64,000 nt of DNA from Desulfomonilia bacterium. GTDB taxonomy: Bacteria > Desulfobacterota > Desulfomonilia > UBA1062. The notes beneath the pieces were generated by a model. It saw only the letters and a list, made by a program, of their open reading frames with translations. It did no database searches and had not been told where the DNA came from. Position numbers and translations under genes: made by a program. The DNA is taken from assembly GCA_050014195.1 (NCBI GenBank), contig JBEKDT010000016.1, positions 32,001 to 96,000 of the forward strand. Reading direction: 5' to 3'. Positions 58,838 through 64,000 of this stretch are shown one piece after another. Numbering within the stretch: the first letter of the stretch is position 1; each line of letters starts with the position of its first letter.

Positions 58838-61711
58838 TTAGAACCCATGTGTAAAAGTCTCAAGTCTCTGAAATGCTTGTTCGAGCCTGCCCAGCGCTTC
58901 CATCCCACCCTCAAGGGATCCTTCTCCGGCAAGCCTTTCAAGCTCAAGGGCACGGCCCGACAGGTCATCAGCGGTCAGGTTGGCGGCGCCGCCTTTAATA
59001 GAGTGGGCCTCCTTCCTGACGATCTCTGCATTACCGTCCGTAAGGGCCTTTCTCATGACGGGGATCTGCCCCCTCACGGTTTCCACAAAACCGTTCAGAA
59101 GCCTTAAAAGGAAATCCTTGTCGCCATCGAACTCTTCGAGTGCCCGCCCCTTATCGAGCGGGGTATGTTCTTCGCTCATTGAGGTCATGCAGTGTTTATC
59201 GGCCGCCTCAAGGAGACATGTTTTCACGGTATTTTGCACCGGGACCCACTTCTTGACCATCGCGATTAAATCGTGTCGCTTCACCGGCTTAGGAAGGAAG
59301 TCATCCATTCCTGCATCAAAACATTTCTTCCTGAACTCCTCGATTACATGGCCGGTCATCGCAATGATGGGGATGTGTTTTCCGGCCTTATCGCCACCAG
59401 CGAGCCTCTCTTCAAGCTGCCGTATGGCCTTTGTCGCAGCGAAGCCGTCCATGTGCGGCATCTCGATATCCATAAGGATGAGATCATAAGCAGTTTGCTT
59501 GTATGCAGCCAAGGCCTGCTCCCCATCATCCACCACATCCACGAGACATCCTGCAGTGGTGAGGTGTATTAAGCCCACTTGTTGATTTGTCGGATAATCA
59601 TCCGCCAACAAGATATGCGGGCCTGTGCTGTTCTCTTCTGCGAGGGCATAGCGGGTAATCAGTTTCCCTGAAGATATCTGGGGATTCACTTCTCCCTGTT
59701 TAAGCACGGCGGTTATGACACGATGGAGTTCATCGTTGCGAATCGGTTTGGGCAGATATCCCTGAATGCCCACCTGAGAGCACCTCAGTCCGTCTCCGAT
59801 ACTGCCGGATGGGGTAAGCATAATGATGGGAACACCTTTCATAGTGTTCAGGGCCCTGATATGAGCAACAAGCTCGAATCCATCCATGAGAGGCATGTAG
59901 GAATCGGTGACCACAAGGTTGATCTCGTTATCGGCCGAAGCCTTGTCTTTCAGGATGTCCAGGGCCTCCTGTCCGGAAGTGGCCTCCACCGGTATACAAC
60001 CCCAGGCACTGAGATAGGATGCAAAGGTTGAGCGTGCGGATGTGTTGTCATCCACCACAAGCACATGTAATCCTGAGAGGTCTATCTCTGACTGAACAGG
60101 ACGTGTGTCCTGCCCTTCCTGGAGTGAAAAGACCGCTGTAAACCAGAATGTGCTCCCTTTTCCCCTTTCGCTCTCCACCTCGATCCGGCCTTCCATCAGC
60201 TCTGTGAGTCTCTTTGATATGGAGAGCCCTAACCCTGTTCCGCCGTATTTACGCGTCGTGGATGAGTCTTCCTGGGTAAAGCTCTCAAAGATTGCATCCT
60301 GTTTGTCAGGGGGAATACCGATGCCTGAATCCTTCACAAGGAAGCGAGCCAATGCCTTAGCGCCTATACCTTCGAGGTACTCTACTTTGAGGAGGATCTC
60401 CCCTTTGTCGGTAAATTTCAAGGCATTGTCCACAAGGTTGGTCAGGATCTGTCTGAGCCTGCCGGGATCTCCCACGATGCGGGTCGGCATCTCGGGGGAT
60501 ATATACAGGATGAGTTCCAGGTCCTTCTGCTTAGCCCTCACGGCAAAACTGCGGGCAATGTCCTCCATGAGGATCTTGAGATCAAACGGGATTTTCTCCA
60601 GCTCAAGCCGCCGGGACTCCAGCTTGGAAAAATCCAGGATATCATTAATGAGGCTCAACAGGTTTTCCGACTCACGGTAAATCGTGGTTATGACCTCCTG
60701 CTGATCATCGGTTAGATCGGTATCCAAGGCGATCTCCGTCATCCCGATGATGCCGTTCAAGGGGGTGCGGATCTCATGGCTCATGTGGGCCAGAAATTCG
60801 CTCTTGGCCCTGTTCTGGGCCTCTGCCTTGATCATGGCCTTGCGGAGCTCTTCCGCATGTTTTCGATGGGTGATGTCCCTCAATATCCCCCTGAACCCCG
60901 ACGGCTGCCCTTTCAAATCTTTCATCAGGCTGATGGAACTCTCTATAGACCTTTTCTCTCCATCTTTAAGGATGATCTCCCAATCGAATCCCTTGTCCGG
61001 TCTTCCGGTCTTGAAAGCCATATGAAAAACCGAGAATATCTGCCGTGCAGTGGCAGCATCCATGAACTTCCGGTAGCTGTACCCTATAATCTCATCCCGT
61101 GGAAACCCGACAATCCTGCTCATGGAATCATTCACAAAAATGAAGTTTCCCGTGAGGTCGACTTCATAATAGCCTTCCTCAATGTTATCAAGGATACTCC
61201 GGTATCTCTCCTCACTCTTTTTAAGCGCCTTGAGTGCACGGTGGCTTTCGGTAATATCCCTTGCAATAACCCTCACCATGACCGGGGCCATCTCATCGGA
61301 AACAAGGGTTGCCTTGTATTCCATGATGCTCTCTTTGCCATCAAGTGTCTCGATCCTGAGGGAACCTTTTACATTCCGGTCCCTCATGATTTTCTCCATA
61401 TACTCATCATATTCTTGCCGGTACCGTTTCGGTATGAGGTCGCTAACCTCGGCTCCGACAAGGTCTTTCTCAGAGAACCCGTAGAAATCGTTATCAACAA
61501 GATTTATCTCCATGATGCGGCCATTTAGATCATGGATGACAAAAAGGTCGGAAGTATTCTTTAAGATGAACTGGTAGCGCGCCTCGATCTGCCCAAGCCT
61601 CTCCTTAGTCATCTTCAACTCGCTCAAAGTATCGATGACATCAAGAGAGCCAGACTCAAGGCCCTGCCCGACCTCATCTTCGCGCTGGTTTTCCTTCATT
61701 ACTACCGCCAT
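58838..61711 (-). CDS. cytoplasmic hybrid histidine kinase (PAS-PAS-HisKA-HATPase-REC-REC-Hpt)
   Basis: [33 protein letters not shown], two REC domains, AHSIKG Hpt. Confidence 0.94.
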   Translation of the reverse strand: MAVVMKENQREDEVGQGLESGSLDVIDTLSELKMTKERLGQIEARYQFILKNTSDLFVIHDLNGRIMEINLVDNDFYGFSEKDLVGAEVSDLIPKRYRQEYDEYMEKIMRDRNVKGSLRIETLDGKESIMEYKATLVSDEMAPVMVRVIARDITESHRALKALKKSEERYRSILDNIEEGYYEVDLTGNFIFVNDSMSRIVGFPRDEIIGYSYRKFMDAATARQIFSVFHMAFKTGRPDKGFDWEIILKDGEKRSIESSISLMKDLKGQPSGFRGILRDITHRKHAEELRKAMIKAEAQNRAKSEFLAHMSHEIRTPLNGIIGMTEIALDTDLTDDQQEVITTIYRESENLLSLINDILDFSKLESRRLELEKIPFDLKILMEDIARSFAVRAKQKDLELILYISPEMPTRIVGDPGRLRQILTNLVDNALKFTDKGEILLKVEYLEGIGAKALARFLVKDSGIGIPPDKQDAIFESFTQEDSSTTRKYGGTGLGLSISKRLTELMEGRIEVESERGKGSTFWFTAVFSLQEGQDTRPVQSEIDLSGLHVLVVDDNTSARSTFASYLSAWGCIPVEATSGQEALDILKDKASADNEINLVVTDSYMPLMDGFELVAHIRALNTMKGVPIIMLTPSGSIGDGLRCSQVGIQGYLPKPIRNDELHRVITAVLKQGEVNPQISSGKLITRYALAEENSTGPHILLADDYPTNQQVGLIHLTTAGCLVDVVDDGEQALAAYKQTAYDLILMDIEMPHMDGFAATKAIRQLEERLAGGDKAGKHIPIIAMTGHVIEEFRKKCFDAGMDDFLPKPVKRHDLIAMVKKWVPVQNTVKTCLLEAADKHCMTSMSEEHTPLDKGRALEEFDGDKDFLLRLLNGFVETVRGQIPVMRKALTDGNAEIVRKEAHSIKGGAANLTADDLSGRALELERLAGEGSLEGGMEALGRLEQAFQRLETFTHGF

Positions 61712-61919
61712 ACCTCTTCAATGAATATGACTTATTTTCCCCATCGGAAATTAAATTCCAAAATATTAGGGCTTTTCGAACAAATCGACTATCGAGAACG
61801 TCTCTTACATCAAACAAAGGCCTGTTATAGCCACACCACCCAAGGCTATCCCAAGAAGGGGTATCCCCTCGGTATCAATAATACCCTGAAGCATATTCAA
61901 GGGTGAAGATACTAAACTT

Positions 61920-61950
61920 GGTGGGTTATGCTTCGCTCCACCTACCCTAC
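61920..61950 (-). repeat. single GTAG-family REP-like palindrome
   Basis: Minus strand GTAGGGTAGGTGGAGCGAAGCATAACCCACC: GTAG head, imperfect stem with a GC-GAA-GC mini-hairpin; just past the wbqC stop. Confidence 0.6.
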
Positions 61951-61976
61951 GGGGCTAAGCGATAAGTGATCAGTGA

Positions 61977-62660
61977 TCACTGCCTTATTATCTCGCGAGT
62001 CCTGGGCCCACAGGTGAACAGGAGATCAAATATCGAAAGGTTGGATATAAACGGCCCCCATAATTGGGGGTATATCGGTATTGGGGGTTTGTGGAATTCC
62101 ATTTCAATGCCGGCCTGTTCAAAGAGAACACTGTCGAGCCACTTCGTGGCCGAATCCTGCGCCAGATAGCGTGATGCACCCAAGGCCAGGCAGATATCCA
62201 CGATCAGAGCGGTGCCCTTTTCCTTGATACCGAGTTCGGACAATCTGATGATCCTGGTCGTGCAGTCAAGTTCTCCAAGCACATATGCCATGATTTCCAT
62301 GTTCATATCCAAGATGTTTTCCTGATCCGGAGAAAACAGACGTTCAAAGATACCTAAATGCTCTTCACGGTAGGGTGCATGCCAATAGGCCTGCTGCAAA
62401 CTTGCCAGGTGCTTTTTTTGCCAGAGCACTTCATTACAGATCTTCACCTTGCTGATCATCTGCAGACCCAAACCCTTCTTACACACCGGGATGCTCATCC
62501 ACAACGTTCCCTGGTCATTTTTGAACCGGTTGCGGGTGATCCAGGTGGAGCCTTGGGGAAACTGGACCTCATCAAGGACAACGAAGATATCACAGGCCAG
62601 GATCTTGGCAAAATATCCCGGATAGGGGCAGAAATAGGGTCGCGCAGTCGATACGATCAT
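61977..62660 (-). CDS. WbqC-family protein
   Basis: PYF.PYPGYF.KI...D.FV.LD.VQF, RNR, W..KH......Y..APY, Y.Q....F..NLSI.DLLF..G. Confidence 0.9.
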   Translation of the reverse strand: MIVSTARPYFCPYPGYFAKILACDIFVVLDEVQFPQGSTWITRNRFKNDQGTLWMSIPVCKKGLGLQMISKVKICNEVLWQKKHLASLQQAYWHAPYREEHLGIFERLFSPDQENILDMNMEIMAYVLGELDCTTRIIRLSELGIKEKGTALIVDICLALGASRYLAQDSATKWLDSVLFEQAGIEMEFHKPPIPIYPQLWGPFISNLSIFDLLFTCGPRTREIIRQ

Positions 62661-62734
62661 CTTGTCCCTCAAGAGTTTAAAAGTACACCCTCATAATCAA
62701 ACCCTAACATCAGGGTACCATAAAGAAGGGCGTA

Positions 62735-63226
62735 TTACAGATCGTAGAGTGTTTCATCCACCTTGGGCTTGGTGCCCTTTTTCCCTGTCCCTGACTTCTG
62801 TTCCATTAAGAAAGGGTCTTCTCCTTCAAGCAGGTCGCCCATCTCGGCCTCGATCTTTTCAGGATCTTCACCTCGCTCCATTCTTGCCAGGGCCTCTTCC
62901 ATGCCTGAGCCCATCTTCAGACCCGTTGCCTCTGTCAGTTTTCTCATGAGCTGGGCGGCCTGCCGGGGATCGTCCTCCTTAATGTTTCCTGCCTCGCTCG
63001 CCAGCATGGACATGGCCTTTTCCATCTTGGCCTCATCGAAGGGCGGCATGTCGCCTTCCGCCTCATCGCCTTTTCTCCCTGATAACGCAGAGAATATCGA
63101 AACCCTGCGCTTGAGCTTGACGGTCTTGCACTTCGGGCACTTCGGCGTCTTGTCCGTATTGATGGTCCTGGAAAAGAAGTTGTATATCGTGTCGCACCTG
63201 TTGCAATAAAACTCGTAGATCGGCAT
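62735..63226 (-). CDS. FmdB-family zinc-ribbon protein
   Basis: MPIYEFYCNRC...CPKC. Confidence 0.88.
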   Translation of the reverse strand: MPIYEFYCNRCDTIYNFFSRTINTDKTPKCPKCKTVKLKRRVSIFSALSGRKGDEAEGDMPPFDEAKMEKAMSMLASEAGNIKEDDPRQAAQLMRKLTEATGLKMGSGMEEALARMERGEDPEKIEAEMGDLLEGEDPFLMEQKSGTGKKGTKPKVDETLYDL

Positions 63227-63527
63227 GGAAACTCCTTAAAAAGATTTTCGTAAACCCTATATGGAATAAACCCATTCAAGAAATCAAGATGGTATTTATC
63301 TCAAAGGGGTGTTACCGGAAAAGCCCTTCACCATAAAGGCTGAATTGTATCTGACACAATATCTATAGTCAAAGTCCTTAAGCATTCCGCACTTGCTCAC
63401 CCTATGCTATCTTTATTCTTGACTTTTTAGGCTGCAATGCCTATAAGCACATCAGCTAGGCATATCATTCATGAAATCAGGACCACATTGTCGATAGATA
63501 GTTCAACCAACCTACCAAGGAGTATTC

Positions 63528-64000
63528 ATGCACTTTATTGATTTGCATCTAGACGAGCGTATTATGCTCGGTATCAATGACGCGGGTTTCACCGTATGCA
63601 CACCGGTCCAAGAGGCTACGTTCAAGCACAGCCTGAAAGGCAGGGATGTGTGTGCCCAGTCCCAGACGGGAACGGGAAAGACCGCAGCCTTTCTCATTAC
63701 GATCCTCCAGAACCTTAAAGATCAAAAAGGCGCTAAGGCCATGATCATCGTGCCGACCCGGGAACTCGCCGTCCAGGTAGAGAGTGAGGCCGTACTCCTC
63801 GGGACCCATCTCGACGAGTTCAAGGTCGCCTGCATCTATGGCGGTGTCGGATACAAGAGCCAGGAACAGCAGCTACGCCAGGGAGCAAACATCATTGTGG
63901 GCACACCCGGCAGGATCATTGACCTCAACCGGTCAGGGAAACTGAGCTATAAAGACATCGGAATCCTTGTCATCGACGAGGCGGACCGCCTTTTCGATAT
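63528..64000 (+). CDS. DEAD-box RNA helicase (RhlB-like; 3' end off the window)
   Basis: Not in the ORF track. AAGGAG RBS; Q motif GF..CTPVQ, SQTGTGKT, PTRELA, GTPGR, DEAD. Confidence 0.93.
   Translation, partial: MHFIDLHLDERIMLGINDAGFTVCTPVQEATFKHSLKGRDVCAQSQTGTGKTAAFLITILQNLKDQKGAKAMIIVPTRELAVQVESEAVLLGTHLDEFKVACIYGGVGYKSQEQQLRQGANIIVGTPGRIIDLNRSGKLSYKDIGILVIDEADRLFD

Overview
This is a chromosomal window, probably from an anaerobic Desulfobacterota-type (former deltaproteobacterial) bacterium; that placement is inferred from gene content only. It holds: (1) a TetR-led, 10-gene minus-strand acyl-CoA/lipid catabolic operon (1-10618); (2) an AT-rich segment with a CMD/AhpD gene, a candidate structured RNA plus terminator, and an exported thioredoxin-like/peroxiredoxin pair (10620-14560); (3) a 21-kb co-oriented envelope/export block (14826-35671) with MdtABC-type RND plus OMF, FN3-NHL and PKD lipoproteins, a Spy/CpxP-like protein, MacAB-TolC, two S/T/Q/N-rich proteins resembling flagellar-export substrates, and a BepA-like protease; (4) housekeeping genes (MBL hydrolase, palindromic repeats, mreBCD-mrdA-rodA, a C-terminally truncated glmU, lon, hemL, ahbB); (5) an ECF sigma / ZAS anti-sigma / Spy-like / DUF4382-lipoprotein operon; and (6) flavoproteins, a hybrid histidine kinase with a REC-HDOD partner, wbqC, an FmdB-family gene and a DEAD-box helicase. 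The strongest hidden signal is a 31-bp ECF-type promoter, TGTAGAC-N16-ACGTCNTA. It occurs four times with identical spacing, including upstream of the ECF sigma gene itself, and links that operon to the envelope block as a putative uncharacterised regulon. Next strongest are the multi-stem RNA candidate at about 12309-12405 and the pair of low-complexity, probably exported proteins. I saw no CRISPR array, rRNA, intact tRNA, transposase or integrase. All calls are by eye, with no database searches.
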